Origin: Squalus acanthias
Lineage: Eukaryota
NCBI GenBank assembly: GCA_030390025.1
Contig: CM059425.1
Coordinates: forward strand, 168,022,001-168,086,000
DNA: 64,000 bases
Direction: 5' to 3'
Under the pieces are notes generated by a model. That model was not told the origin of the DNA. It worked only from the letters and a program-made list of their open reading frames with translations, and made no database searches. The position numbers and the translations under genes were made by a program. Numbering within the stretch: the first letter of the stretch is position 1; every line of letters begins with the position of its first letter. Positions 1 to 13,721 of the stretch are shown here, one piece after another.

Positions 1-779
1 CCTTAACAAGCTTGTTACAGCTGCAAGTTTGGTGTGAAACCATTGATGAGTCCTCAGATCATCAAAGAATGTTCTAGATAACGTTTCTTTCCAATGTTCT
101 TCAAATAACGACTAAATATAGATTCCCACTTCAGCTTATTTAGATTATTAAGTACTTTGTGAAACACAAACCATGCGTCCATGCATATTAATGAGCAGGT
201 GCTGCAATTTAGTCTGCCACATCAACCAATGATGCATTCGAGGGGAAAATCAGTCATAAGCACCAGCCATATCAATCAACTCTTCAATATTGGCAACATT
301 TCCTATGATCTCTTCCAATAGACATATGCACACATTTTAATTTTTACTGCATTCTGGTTCAAACTAGTTCAGAATAGGACAAGGTTTTTGCAATGGCATA
401 CCTAGCGTGAATGTATCAATTTCAACTTTAATTCATCCACCAAAAATACACATTAAAACTCTTAGCTCACCAGACCTACAAGCAACAGACAAGACTATAT
501 ACCAGTGAACAGCACCAGGAAAGAACACACCGATGAAGCCAGTGTTAAAAGATGGTTAGCACGAGAGTGTGATAGCTGCTTTTAGAGTTCATCTGCACAG
601 CAGATGTAAATGTTAATTTTTTTAAATTTACTAGTGGATCTTCTTGCCATTACTCAGTGAGTTTGCTGATACCTGTTTTAAAACATGGGTCCCGTAAGCC
701 ATGACAGCAGTCGTCCCTCACATTCCCAGCAGAGCTAAAGATGCCTAACCTCACAATAGGATTTTCACATGATAGGGTG

Positions 780-798
780 CTCTCTCTCTCTCTCTCTC
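780..798. repeat. (CT)n microsatellite
   Basis: Direct reading of ctctct tract. Confidence 0.9.
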
Positions 799-844
799 CC
801 TGCTTCAACAAGTTTCCAAATCCTCCCATCACATAACACAGTTT

Positions 845-3550
845 TATTATATTCGTTCATGGGATCTGGGCATCGCTGGCAAGGACAGCATTTATTGCCC
901 ATCCCTAATTGCCCTTGAGAAGGTGGTGGTGAGCTGCCTTCTTGAACTGCTGCAGTCCGTGTGGTGAAGGTACTCCCACAGTGCTGTTAGGGAGGGAGTT
1001 CCAGGATTTTGACCCAACGACGATGAAGGAACGGTGATATACTTCTAAGTCAGGATGGTGTGTGACTTGGAGGGGAACTTGCAGGTGGTGGTGTTCCCAC
1101 GCTCCAGCTGCCCTTGTCATTCTAGGTGGTAGAGGTCGCAGGTTTGGGAGGAGCTGTCGAAGAAGCCTTGGCGAGTTGCTGTAGTGCATCTTGTAGATGG
1201 TACACACTGCAGACACGGTGTACCAGTGGTGGAGGGAGAGAATGTTTAATATGGTGGATGGGGTGCCAATCAAGTGGATAGTGCCGCACTTCTTGAGTGT
1301 TGTTGGAGCTGCACTCATCCAGGCAAGTGGAGAGTATTCCATCACACTTCTGACTTGTGCCTTGTAGATGGTGGAAAGGCTTTGGGGAGTCAGGAGGTGA
1401 GACACTCGCCGCAGAATACCCAGCCTCTGACCTGCTCTTGTAGCCACAGTATTTATGTGGCTGGTCCAGTTAAGCTTCTGGTCAATGGTGACCCCCAGGA
1501 TGTTGATGGTGGGGGATTCGGTGATGGTAATGCCGTTGAATGTCCAAGGGTGGTGGTTAGACTCTTTCTTGTTGGAGATAGTCATTCCCTGGCGCTTGTG
1601 TGGAGCGAAAGTTACTTGCCACCTATTAGCTCAAACTTGAATATCGTCCAGGTCTTGCTGCATGCTTCATTATCTGAGGAGTTGCAAATGGAACTGAACA
1701 CTGTGTAATCATCAGCGAATATCCCCACTTCTGACCCTATAATGCAGGGAAGGTCATTGATGAAGCAGCTGAAGATGGTTGGGCATAGGATACTGCCCTG
1801 TGAAACTCCTGCAGCGATGTCCTAGGGCTGAGATGATTGGTTTCCAACAACCACAACCATCTTCCCTTATGCTAGGTATGATTCCAGCCAGTGGAGCATT
1901 TTCCCCCTGATTCCCATTGACTTCAATTTTACTAGGGATCCTTGATGCCACACACGGTCAAATGCTGCCTTAATGTCAAGGGCAGTAACTCGCACCTCAC
2001 CTCAGGAATTCAGCTCTGCTGTCCATGTTTGGACCAAGGCTGTAATGAGGTCGGGAGCCAAGTGGTCCTGGCGGAACCTAAACTGGGCATCAGTGAGCAG
2101 GTTATTGGTGAATAAGTGCTGCTTGCTAGCACTGTCAACGACACCTTCCATCGCTTTGCTGATGATTCAGAGTAGACTGATGGGGCAGTAATTGTCCGGA
2201 TTAGATTTATCCTGCTTTTTGTGGACAGCACATGCCCGGACAATTTTCCGCTTTGTCGGGTAGATGCCAGTTTTGTAGCTGTACTGGAACTGCTTGGCTA
2301 GAGGCGCGGCTAGTTCTGGAGCACAAGTCTTCAGCACGATAGCCGGGATGTTATCGGGGCCCATAGCCTTTGCTGTATCCAGTGCGCTCAGCCATTTCTT
2401 TATATCACATGGAGTGAATCGAATTGGCTGAAGACTGGCTTCTGTGATGGCGGGGACCTCAGGAGGAGGCCGATATGGATCATCCACTCGGCACTTCTGG
2501 CTGAAGATGGTTGCGAACGCTTCAGCCTTGGCTTTTGCACTCACGTGCTGGGCTCCGCCATCATTGAGAATAGGGATGTTCATGGAGCCTCCTCCTCCCG
2601 TTAGTTGTTTAATTGTCCACCACCATTCACGACTGGATGTGGCAGGAATGCAGAACTTTGATCTGATCTGTTGATTGTGGGATCGCTTAGCTCTGTCTGT
2701 GGCATGCTGTTTCTGCTGTTTACCATGCATGTAGTCCTGTGTTGCAGCTTCACCAGGTTGGCACCTCATTTTTAGGTACACCTGGTGCTGCTTCTGGCAT
2801 CCTCTTCTACACTCCTCATTGAACCAGGGTTGGTCCCCTGGCTTGATGGTAATGGTACAATGAGGAATATGCCGGGCCATGAGGTTACAGATTGTGGTGG
2901 AATGCAATTCTGCTGCTGCTGATGGCCCACAGCGCCTCATGGATGCCCAGTTTTTAGCTGCTAGATCTGTTCTGAATCTATCCCATTTTAGCATGGTGGT
3001 AGTGCCTCACAACACGATGGAGAGTGTCCTCAGTGTGAAAACAGGACTTCGTCTCCACAAGGACTGTGCGGTGGTCACTCCTACCAATACTGTCATGGAC
3101 AGAAGCATCTGCGACAGGTAGATTGGTGAGAATGAGGTCAAGCAGGTTTTTCCTCGTGTTGGTTCTCTCACCACCTGCCACAGGCCCAGTCTGGCAACTA
3201 TGTCCTTCAAGACTCAGCCAGCTCAGTCAGTAGTGGTGCTACTGAGCCACTCTTGGTGATGGACATTGAAGTCCCCCACCCAGAGTACATTCTGTGTCCT
3301 TGATACCCTCAGTGCTTCTTCCAAGTGGAGGAGTACTCATTCATCAGCTGAGGGAGGGCGGTAGGTGGTAATCAGCAGGAGTTTTCCTTGCCAATGTTTG
3401 ACCTGGTGCCGTGAGACTTCGTGGGGTCTGGAGTCAATGTTGAGGACTCCCAGGGCCACTCCCTCCTGACTCTATACCACTGTGCTGCCAGCTCTGGTGG
3501 GTCTGTCCTGCCGGTGGGACAGGACATAACCAGGGATGGTGATGGAGGAA
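845..3550 (-). mobile_element. 5'-truncated CR1-clade LINE (family A), ORF2 endonuclease-RT pseudogene
   Basis: Minus-strand ORF pieces: LDLILTN...SDH (APE endonuclease end), KAMGPDNIP and NYCPISLL (RT start), YKAQVRSVMEYS...WNSLP...HHHLLKGN (C-terminus). Several frameshifts; A-rich 3' end near 845. Confidence 0.92.
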
Positions 3551-3829
3551 TTTTTACTCAATAGATTCTCTTTCCCCACCCACACAACATGGCAAAGTGA
3601 ATAAATACTTTTAGCATTTCATCTGTCACCCCATATTTTGCCTGAACTAAACACTGCTGGTGATGACTCGTAAACATTTAAGCCATTTCAGTTTCACTCA
3701 CTTCTGGCAACGTCTGTTGACTCATTAACTGCTCAACCTGGGATCCTCTGGGATGAGCTCCATGCCCCACAAAGGTACTGTGGAGCTGCACACAGGTAAT
3801 GGTTGGGGGAAGACTTTCACCTTTCAAGT

Positions 3830-4359
3830 CTGGAATTTCCAGTCCCCGTTGATTGGAGGGCGTATCTTGCGGAACGGGACTTCCACCCACCATGGAAAAT
3901 ACGCCCGACCCTGGCCTAACCTCTGGCCTGCGGGTGAGGGGGGGGGGGGCGGGTTATGTAAAGTTTGGAGGTGGGATTCCCAGCCTCTGCTGGAAATCAT
4001 GATGAAACGGGGTGGAATGTTGCAGCAGGAAGGCCTGCCACAGCAGAGGAATATAGCCAACCTCTGTGCAAAACATTCTGGTTCCTTTTTGGCTGAAGCC
4101 AGGCCTCTGTCCAAGAAAATTCTTCAGCTGCTCATAACGCGAAGCGTCTGGGCCTATCAGGTTCCCCTTGTGTCCAGTGTTCAACTATTTACCTCATTTG
4201 CATTTATTTTACACATGCCTGCCCATGAGTGGAAGCATTCGATGCCACTGGGACTGGCCACTGGGAAATGAGGGGAGGGCACACAGAGGCAGAGATGTGG
4301 TGGAACGTATCCCCAAGTAATCTTACGTCCGCCCCAATCCCACAAAAGAAATTGAGGCC
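3830..4359. mobile_element. Degenerate MITE-like element
   Basis: Weak inverted similarity between gattggagggcgtatc...ttccacc (~3851) and ggtggaa...tacgtccgccccaatc (~4299-4339); gaaattgaggcc end resembles other Harbinger-type ends here. Confidence 0.35.
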
Positions 4360-6342
4360 TCAATGTCATTTTTCACCAGCAGCATGTATAAAAATTGTGC
4401 TCGGTGAAGTTCCCATATTATTGCTGAACACACTCCTACCGCATTCCTGTGTGTGCTATTTTTACAGTCATTGACTGTTTATTTTAAATGGATTTAATGT
4501 CTACGTAAAAATAACACACACAGTAACGTAATACAAGTGCTTTAAGCATTCGCCTATGAACATTCGCCAATCAGAGATTCTACCTTGTAAGGTCTGAAGT
4601 GAGCAGGGCCCTGCTGCCTATTCCATAATGGAAATAAAAGTCATAAAACAGAGCTGCCTTGACTTTAGTCGTAGAAGCTGTGAAGCAGAATGACCGCACT
4701 GAGAAACTAAATATGTTATTATGGACCTTTTCCTGAAGGGCTTTCATACTCCCAATCCTGCTGTTGCCAGAGCTAAAGAGGCGGAAGCTAAAGGAAAAGT
4801 GGTCCCTGTTTATTCGAGTGATACTACAAATGTGTCAGAATAACCTTTCCACAGATAATTGTGATTTCTGAGGCAACGTAAGTACACGTAATTGATCAAT
4901 TGACAGGAACATTAATTCTGGTCTACTGGACTGGCGGAAGTCTTTTCCAGCTCCTACACCAAAAGACCTTTCACCTGCAGTTACTTTTTAAAATTTTAAT
5001 CAGCAGCTTTCTGGATGAGTTTCACAAATCCACTCTGATAGAATTGCAGCTTAAAAATATTTTTATTTAAAAGTCTCCTCCCCATCTATCCGCAGTATGT
5101 GGTATCAGTGTCCAAAGATGGTAAAGGGTAGGAGTTAACCTCTAAAAAATACTGGGAGCTAAAGGCTTTCTCAATCTATATTGAAAGGAGGATCTAAACA
5201 GTGGAATCAGTATTAACTGGTTCATCCCAGTGAATGTTAAAGTATCTGAAATTCTCCAATTGGGATACAAAAGTGTCACCCTATATACTGTGGTCCCACA
5301 TCTAAATTCTACAGAACCACATTCCCCATTCTACACATGCATGGTCTGCTACTACCCATTCTGCACATCGACTCTGTCCAATTCTATACATGCATGGCCC
5401 CTAATTCCACATTCTTAGGGGCATTTTAATTATTTACCTGATATGTGGTATAACAGAACACACAATGCAGTTCCAGTACATACCTTTTGCATTCCATATG
5501 TCTTCATCATATATTTATTTATTGGTTTATTTACTTATATTTGACTTTTTGCCGCAGCTTTTCACTTCTTTAGGCCTCTTTGCATCATGCCTCAATCCCA
5601 GATCAGGAGATCTGACAGCTAACCTCCTCTTAACCTGCTGCTTGTTTTTATGCTTGAACCAGCTGCTGAAGAGTGTGGATGAGCAAAGCAGGTCAGATGC
5701 AGATTTACTAGTTCTCTGATTCTGTCCCTTCTTCTCGGCAGGAATGACCCTTATCTCTGTTGGACGCCTCTAACGGCCAGGCTTTGATCTACACTCCAGC
5801 ATCTGGAGAATGCAAGCGTTTTAATTTATTTTTTAATTATATTGTAGTGCGGATTCAAATTTGTTGGTCCATGTTTCAGCTCTTACTAGCACGAAGAAAG
5901 CTAGTGGAGGAAGTAATGTACGAGCAGAATTGTGTAGGTTAAATAAAAGGTCCAAGATACAGAAATGCTGAAAGTCAACAGCATTCAGATTACTTTTCTT
6001 TGAATGAGAGTGAGATAAGATAAATTGCTCGAGAAGTGCTGGAAATTAGATGGCACAGAGATACTTCTGAAAGGAAGAATGTGCACAGTATTAAACTGAA
6101 TAGGGAAAGTTAATTACAAAATTCCAGGTTCCAACCACGTTTCTTATAAAAATGTCAAGTCAGTAACAAATAGCAAATAGACTCCTTCCGAATGATCTAT
6201 TATGCATGTTTACTCTCCTGTGGCAAAATGATTGTGAATAAATTCATAATCAAACAGCTAGAAACCTTATTTTCTGTAGCTTGCTTTGTTCCAGCTACTA
6301 CGTGAGAAATGTGGTGTCATGGGGACTGCCAAAGCAGGCGAT

Positions 6343-6770
6343 AGAAAAGAAAGACTTGCATTTATATAGTGCCTTCATGACCTCAGGATGTCCCAAAGCG
6401 CTTTATAGCCAATGAAGTACTTTTTGAAGTGTAGTCACTGTCGTAATGTACAAAACACGGCAGCCATTTTGCACACAGCAATGTGATAATGACCAGATGA
6501 TCTGTTTTAGTGTTGTTTGAGGGATAAATATTGGTCAAGACACCGAGGAGAACTCCCCTGCTCTAGTGCCGTGGGATCTTTTACATCCACGGGGCCTCGA
6601 TTTAACGTCTCATATGAAAGATGGAACCTCCAAAAGTGCAGCACTCCCTCAGTACAGTACTGCACTGGAGTGTCAGCCTAGATCTTGTGCTCAAATCTTA
6701 GGAGTGGGATTTAAACCCACAACCTTCTGACTCAGAGGCGAGAGAGCTACCCACCGAGCAGCAGCTGGCA
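6343..6770 (-). mobile_element. SacSINE1-like Deu-domain tRNA-derived SINE
   Basis: Reverse complement has a tRNA-like head (gctcggtgggtagc...gtcagaaggttgtgggtttaaatccc), Deu core (ggtcattatcacattgctgt) and L2-type tail ...tatataaatgcaagtcttt. Homologous to 36728-38178. Confidence 0.85.
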
Positions 6771-7709
6771 CGACCTTGCCTATTCCCTTTCTCCTCAGGC
6801 TGCCCCAAAACCCAGTCTCAGTGTTAGTCCCAATGACTGGTTTCTTCAGGCACCCCTCTGAGTGGACACCCAATAGTCCAATGTAGAAGGCTGGGAACAC
6901 CTCCTACTCACTTCATTTACACCTTGTGATAAGCCTGTGCCTACTGCACATGCAGGCCCAGCTCTACCCGCTCCAGGGAAGCCCTGTAAATCCCAGGGCA
7001 ACATAAAGGGGATGGAAACCCAGTAAGATGGGTCTGTGTCACTCTTCCCTGACTTATGTGCCCAAGAAATGGGCATTCCATAATGGAAACGGTCAGGAAA
7101 ATCATCCCCCTAATAACTGTGGCAGCTCAAACTCATCACAGCTACCAACATGGCAGTGCTCTAACTCAACAGTCAGAGCAGGTTTCCTTTGGCATTCAAG
7201 AAATTGGCTTGCATAAGAACTTCCCCACTGTGGAGGCAATGGCCACGAAATTCCCCTATTCGCGCCGGCATTTAAGGCCAGCTTTGGCAGAAAATTGGTG
7301 GCTGTTTTGCTTCTGGCCACTTCCGGCACGGGCCGCAGCGGCCACCATTTTGGGCAGGTCGGTAGCGCGGCCGTTGCCTACGTTCGGCAGAAGAATACAA
7401 ATGAGACAGATTGTGACGTTAATCAGCGTATAACGCTGATTTGACACACAACCCGCTATTTTGGACGTCGCTGCTCAACTGTACACCCTCTCCAAAGCAC
7501 GCACAGCTGAACATGCATTCAGCTACACGACAGACACCCCACCGCGCTACTTAAAGGGACACAATCAACTTTGAGGTAAGTTGCTTTTTGCTTTTGTACT
7601 GGTTCCTGTACAGTTTATTTGAGCAGTGGCCATATTTAAAAAGTTGTTGGACGTTTGCTGGATGTTTGCAAGGCTTTGGCTCTTAAGGGAAGGTCCCTGA
7701 GAAGACCAC

Positions 7710-7960
7710 TTGCTCCCAGTCCTGGGGGCTCTAGTTGCAGTCCCAGTTGGGCTGCAGCATGACATAGAGATGCAGCAGAGGCAGCAAAGGGGACAAGCTG
7801 CTCACAGAGGGAGGTGGAGGAGGAAGCGGAGGAGGAGGAAGAGGAAGAAGCAGCAAAGGAGGAAGCAGAAGAAGAGGAAGCGGAAGGAAGATGGGAACCC
7901 AGACAGCCCCTTTCCGGCTGGGATATCCGGGATTGAATCATCCGCCTGCACTACCAGTGA
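7710..7960 (+). pseudogene. Harbinger transposase remnant (N-terminus joined to acidic C-terminus, DDE core deleted)
   Basis: MLPVLGALVAVPVGLQHDIEMQQRQQRGQAAHRGR matches the start of the 61120 transposase, then runs straight into a gag/gaa tract like 62130-62243. Confidence 0.75.
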
Positions 7961-8131
7961 ACACAACCCCCCAATTGCCCATTCAGCGTTAGTCCCACGC
8001 TTTATCTTTCCTCTGTTACTGACCATCACAGCGTCCACTTGGCCACAATGTTGAAATAAAAGCCATCACAAAGCAAACTTTCCAATCCAACTTTATCCAT
8101 ATATGCATCAGATATTACATCAAAACATCAA

Positions 8132-10057
8132 CTAATCACCCTTGTGCATTAACTTAGTGACTGTCTTGTGTGTGCCTTTGCCTATCCTAGTGCTCTTACA
8201 CAGTGCTACCCCAGTGGCTGCAGCATGACTGGAGGAAGGCTGCTGACTTTCAGTGGGGGAGACTGCAAATGGCCTTACTGGATGACCTTGAGCAGCTCTG
8301 GGCCTAGTAGGCCAGGCTTTGGATTGCACTACCTCGGCTTGGGCTTAGCCGACAGCAGTCTGGACTGGCTGGCTGACATACAACATCAAGGGCACTGGCG
8401 GAGTGGCAGTGGTGAGAGTACGAATGCTGTCATCCTGAGAGAGGACAGCAAAGTTGTCCTCCATGGATCCATTGCCACTGCCCCGGGGCAACGCCTCACC
8501 AATCCTAGTAATCTGCTGGAGTACAGACTGCTGGACTGCTGTGACACCCTGCAAGCCCCTTTCAACACTGGTAAACCCAGCCATGATGGCAGCCGTCTGT
8601 GCTTGCGTGGCAGCAAGCTGAGCTTGCATGACATTAGTCTGAGCTTCCATTGCAGGGCTCAGACGTTGGGTGAATGCAGCTTGTGCTGCAATGGAAGCGG
8701 AGGTTTCGGCCATCAGACGTTACATGATGGTTGGGTCCCCAAATGCATTAATGGATTTGCCCAGCCCTTCCAAGCTGTAAAGGATGGGCTCCAAGCTCTG
8801 CCCAAAGCTCTGTGTAAGACTGGAGCTGGATTCCTCCATGCTCCTTGACATTGCATTCAAGCTTTCTGGCAAGCCTGCCAATGTACCAAGCATTTCATTG
8901 TGCATATCCATCAGCGTTCTTCTGTAGGCCGTCCCATTGAAGTCTTCATCTGAGTCCTGTGCAGCAGAACATGTGTGCGACCTCACCCTCCGGGGAGCTG
9001 GCAGCAGCCCACTCGCGCCCGGTTTCTCACCACGTGCAGATCCTGTGTCTACACTATCCTCTAAAGTACGTGGAGTGTCTGGCTCTGAGCTGGTGGCTGT
9101 GAGTGTGAAATTGAGTGACGGTGTTTCTTCTTCTTCTTCACTCTCCTCTCCCTCTTCTTGTTCAACCACTGCTGGGTATGCTGGAATTCTTGGGTGTTTG
9201 AAATGAAAAAGGCACAAGGGTAGGTTTGTGGTGAGAGGTCGGGTTGGGCTGTGGGGGGGGGGGGGGTGCTGTGTGGTGAAAAGCAAGAGGTGCATGCTTA
9301 CATTATGTGCAGCTTGTAAATCAGAATAGATTGTGGGATGAGGGGGAAGTGGGATGTGAGAAGGAGGGGAGTGTATGAGGTTACATCTTGTGTTCTTTCA
9401 GCCCTGTCGCTGGCCACGGGCTCAGCCCTGCCCCTGCCAAGAATGGCCAGCACTGTCTCCTTCATGGGGATGAGGTCATGCAGGCGAGCCTGTCCCACAC
9501 TGGTTAAATTCTGCTGCCCCCGGTTATCCGCCACCTTTTCCTGCAAGAGAAAGAGAAGTGTGTCAGTGAGTGTGGTGTAATGTGTTTGGGTGATGTGGCT
9601 GCCAAGGTTGAATAGCTGATAGTGTGTTCAGGCTGCGAGATGTGGACGTGAGGCTTGCAGCAGTGGTAAGTGTGTGAGAGTGAAGTGAAGCTATGATTGT
9701 GAGGTGTGCTTCGTATTTGGTAGAGATTGTTGGTAAGTGAGTGATGGGGGTGTGGTGCATTGAGCATTGTGTTAGGCTAGTGGAGCACTTGGTGGGAGAC
9801 GGCTTTTGAAGATGCCTTCACTGACCTTGACCACTTGTCTGAGGTCATTAAACTTCTTTGGGCACTGGAGCCACATCCTGAGGGCGACACTGCTGGCTGT
9901 GACCGCCTCGGCGATCTGGTCCCACATCCTTCTTACAGTCTTTCTGGAGGGCCTCCTGTGGGTAGAGGACCTCTCTTTGAGTGTTCACCCCTTGCACAAA
10001 GGCCTCGAGTGCTGCGTCCAAGACCCTGGGTGCCCTTTCCCTGGCCTGTTGAGCCAT
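8132..10057 (-). pseudogene. Harbinger Myb/SANT-like DNA-binding protein, three exons, disrupted
   Basis: Exon 1 MAQQARERAPR..LEAFVQGVNTQREVLYP / WDQIAEAV..WLQCPKKFNDL then donor gtcagt (~9825). Exon 2 after ttctctttctcttgcag (EKVADNR..., ~9541-9384). Exon 3 acidic/low-complexity, ending KLMHKGD, homologous to 62399-62930. Confidence 0.8.
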
Positions 10058-11499
10058 TCTGGTTTGTGCTGAAGCAGTTTTAAAATTTTTGATCACCAGA
10101 AGGCAGTTCACCTTTAAGAGCTGCAGACTGCCTTTAAGAGATGCAGGCTAGCTTTAAGTAAAGCCTTGCGCGAACATCGCAAAATTCAGCCCCCTGTTGA
10201 GCGCGCAGCCAGTCAGTAGTACGTTCTGCGCTGGGCTGTGCGCTGCTATCATTATAAATAGCAGGCAGCACAAATTTTATGTGTAGCCTGAACTCCTTTC
10301 AACGGGCGCGGGTCAATCGCACTTCACAATCCCTGTGCCCATTTTCAATTTCACCCCAGCGTCCTTTAAAACAAACATCATTTGTGTTTGAAATATTTTG
10401 CATCTGGTAAATGGTCCCTATCATTCATGTCTAAAATGATTTAGTGATTCCGGTTGAATTTCCATTCCTTAAAGGTGTCAATATTTTAATAATCAAAAAA
10501 TATTCAGGAATCTTAAATCCATGCTGAAAACAGAACATCTTTGTGAATAAGAAATTTTTCTTTTACTACTTTACTTGAAACAGGAGCTGCTGCATCAGAA
10601 ATGGACTGTCAAGGTTCATTGGTCTGTCTCTGCTTAGTGCTGTCACTACTGTAAATGTGTGATGAACAAAATGCTATTCTTCAAATGTCGCTCATAATTT
10701 GAAATCAGTACATATAAAGTTCTGTTAGCCAGCAGTTTGATCAAATGGAGATGCCCTATAAGCCTTAAAATTAGTTAAATTCTACTTTTTGAAGCATCAG
10801 TAAGGAACAAATGGTTTTCTCATTAGGATTAAGAAGGCAGGCAATATCTGTGGTCAATGTTAACCATAATGACAATTGGCTTTTGTACTGCAGGACATAA
10901 ACTACAGATCAGTCTTCAGCAGCAGGGCAAAGCTCCAACTCTAAATGTGTGTGTACAATGTGAGCTCATAAAGTGCATGTTTAGGCACATGGAGGCACAT
11001 TTTCTGGCAACCTCATCAAGCCCTTCTGTCAGAGACCCAGCTGTTTTTTGTAACATGTACAGATTAAACACGCAGAGTGCTACATCTATTTTGATCCACT
11101 GTGGATCATGCCATTACTGCCAGCCAATCACAAGACAGTGTTAGTGGTACGAGAAACCTCCAGAAACAAGTGTAACTGTCCTAGAGACTGTGGTTTGAAC
11201 TATCTGTACAATGAAAGTAAACTGGTCCCTCATGATTACTCACAGGCAAGGTCTTATAAAATAAGTCACTTGAATAAAACTGTTGCTTTATAACATCACT
11301 TATATAAATAAGAAGGTTTGTTTAACAAGAGTTTTCTTTTGTATAAAGAATTGCTTAGTAATCACCAAGGCACTTTTTCACCAGTAATGCAAAGCTGTTT
11401 AGAACGTATAAACATGTGTTGTAATATCAACCATCATCAAAAATGCAGAAGATGTGACAGGAAGAAAAGTTCTGATTAAAATCAGATCATCTGCATTTC

Positions 11500-12065
11500 A
11501 GGTTGGCCCAGTTGACAGCACGATGACCTCTGGGTCAGATGGTTGTGGGTTTGAGCCCACGCCAGCACACAATTGAGACTGACACGCAACGTAGAAAGAA
11601 AATCATTTGATTCAATAATAACTGTCAAAAGGGAACTGGATAAATACTTTGAAGGCAAAAAATTTGCAGGCCTATGGGGAATGAGCAGGGGAGTGGGACT
11701 AATTGAATAGCTCTTTCAAAGAACCGGGACAGGTACGATGGGCCAAATGGCCTCCTTCTGTGCTGTATCATTCTATGATTCTATGATTTATTGCGAGACC
11801 TAAACACGTCCTTAGGACATCCCAAACTACTTTGCAACCAAAGAATTCATGTTTGAGTTCCGTCCCTGTTGTTATGTAGAATGGAGCAAGTGCTGCCATG
11901 TCAGGGTTGCTGTCAGCCAGATGAGACGTCAAACTGATGTTCTTTCACCTGCTCCATGACTTTGAAGACGTTCTGCAGTAGTCTGGCTAACATTTCTCCC
12001 TCAACCAACTCCACCAGAAACAGATTAACTGCTTATTCATCTCATTGCAGTTTGTGAGATGATGC
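11500..12065 (+). mobile_element. Old Deu-SINE interrupted by a CR1 3' fragment (~11595-11790)
   Basis: tRNA-like head ~11500-11590; CR1 end gatgggccaaatggcctccttctgtgctgtatcattctatgattctatg; degenerate Deu core gatgagacgtcaaac...ccctcaaccaac...cagattaactg at ~11890-12060. Confidence 0.65.
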
Positions 12066-13335
12066 TAGTGCTGTTCTGAAGTTGTAGTTTAGCTAAGTTG
12101 CCAGTGTGATGATGGAGAGCCCTTGCATTGTATGGCATTTTGCTGTTCTGTACCTAACCTAGAAAAAAACTTTGATTTTAATTCAGTAACTGTTCTACCT
12201 TAAATATTATTCATTTATATTTCTTAACAATAACATATTGCTAATATTCTTCTTAATATTAAGGCTTGTATCAGAAATTTTAAGTGATCTATTTACAACA
12301 TATATCTTACATAAAATTGCCACTCTATTCTTTAACAATAATGAGTATATTCTTTAGTTTTCAATGGTGCCCTGGTGGAGTTTGCTCATTTTGGACATGA
12401 GTTTATCACTAAAATACAGACACATGTAACCAGCACTGATTGACTGTTGTAGTATGGGATTGTGATAAAGGAAGCCAATTGCTCCCATTGAGCAACCTTT
12501 CTAACAAGAAGGTAGACCAAGGCTCGACAAGGAGTTCATCTTCTATGTCCTGCTGAGCAATTTTATCGATAAATGAAATAAACTTTTGGACCAGAGCCGT
12601 CTGAGTTCCAACATCCAGCATACACACAGAATCTACTCTGAAATCCGCCATTAAATACACATTTATCTGAAGCCACAAACACGTAGTTCGAGTCATTCTT
12701 GATGACAAATCATTATATTTGGTGTCATAATGTAGTGCAGTCATATGTGGATGTGTCTGGCTGATAAATTACATCTCCAAAGCAAGGTAAGGTCTAAGCA
12801 TCAAAAACAGATTGCTGCAATGTGTAGTATGTTACGCTCCCTTGGTCAATACGTCTACATTGTATTTCAAAGCAGCATGTTGTGAAGCATAAGTAATTTC
12901 TCAGGCATGCTGCACGAGTAGCAAGAATCAATCTAGGAAGCCATGATTTCTTTTTTGGTCTTTGTCTTGCACAGTCAAAATGAGCATTGTATCAATATAT
13001 AATGAAGCTGGCGCAGAAAAGAGAGGGGTAGAGTACAAGTTTTAGTTTTTTTAAATCTTTTTGCAAATAGTAAATATTTGCTTGTGGCTGTGGTGATCAA
13101 ATTAAAAGATAGACTACTAAGCAGGACGGCAGAATGAAGCATGAGTACTAAGGCACTATGATACGTGGCTGTGAACCTCACCAGTAAATATTTAGCAACA
13201 CAGTGAAACCCTCTGAATCAGCATGAAAATGTAATTGGTTTATCTTCAGCCTTCCAGACATTCACAGTTGCAGCTCAATTGTTACCCACAAGGCGTAGAT
13301 TTTTAGCGACCAATGTCAACCAGGGCTGTTAACCT

Positions 13336-13721
13336 TAAGATTGCCAACTCGAGTTGAATGTATTCCTGGAGGTTTCATCACATGACCTGCTACCTCCACT
13401 GTCCCGCCCCCCCACTCTCCTGCCATTGGTCAGCCAACACGTCCATCCTTGCAGCACACCGCCTTCCCACACCAATTGGAAAGCAAAAAGACTCTTTGTT
13501 ACCCAATTGGATGATTCTTGGCTGTCAGTCAAACAACCTTTTTTTCCCATCATCAATATTTATATAACTAATAAACAGAAGTGTTCAAAGAAAATTTAAA
13601 AAAAAAACATTTTATTTAATGGCCCCGTGAATTTTCTCCCCGGTTACTCGCAGCAGTGTCCTGGAGGTTAATTTTCAATTCCTAAAGACTCCAGACCAAT
13701 CCTGGAGGGTTGGCAACCCCA
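13336..13721. mobile_element. hAT-superfamily (Tip100-like) MITE
   Basis: TIRs taagattgccaac / gttggcaacccca (TAGGGTTGCCA-type); perfect 8-bp TSD gttaacct at 13328-13335 and 13722-13729. Confidence 0.85.

Larger units (their letters stand above)
7241..10357 (+). mobile_element. PIF/Harbinger DNA transposon, internally deleted (non-autonomous)
   Basis: Left ~550 bp collinear with the Harbinger at 60636; ends ggccacgaaatt / aatttcacccc; transposase remnant on + and convergent Myb/SANT-like gene on -. TSD not preserved. Confidence 0.85.

Noticed and set aside
4721..4843. Short ORF MDLFLKGFHTP..AKEAEAKGK resembling a synuclein start
   Set aside because: Only 40 codons, no KTKEGV repeats and no splice donor; coincidence.
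7802..7890. Arg/Lys-rich protamine-like ORF
   Set aside because: Off-frame reading of the poly-Glu tail of the Harbinger transposase remnant.
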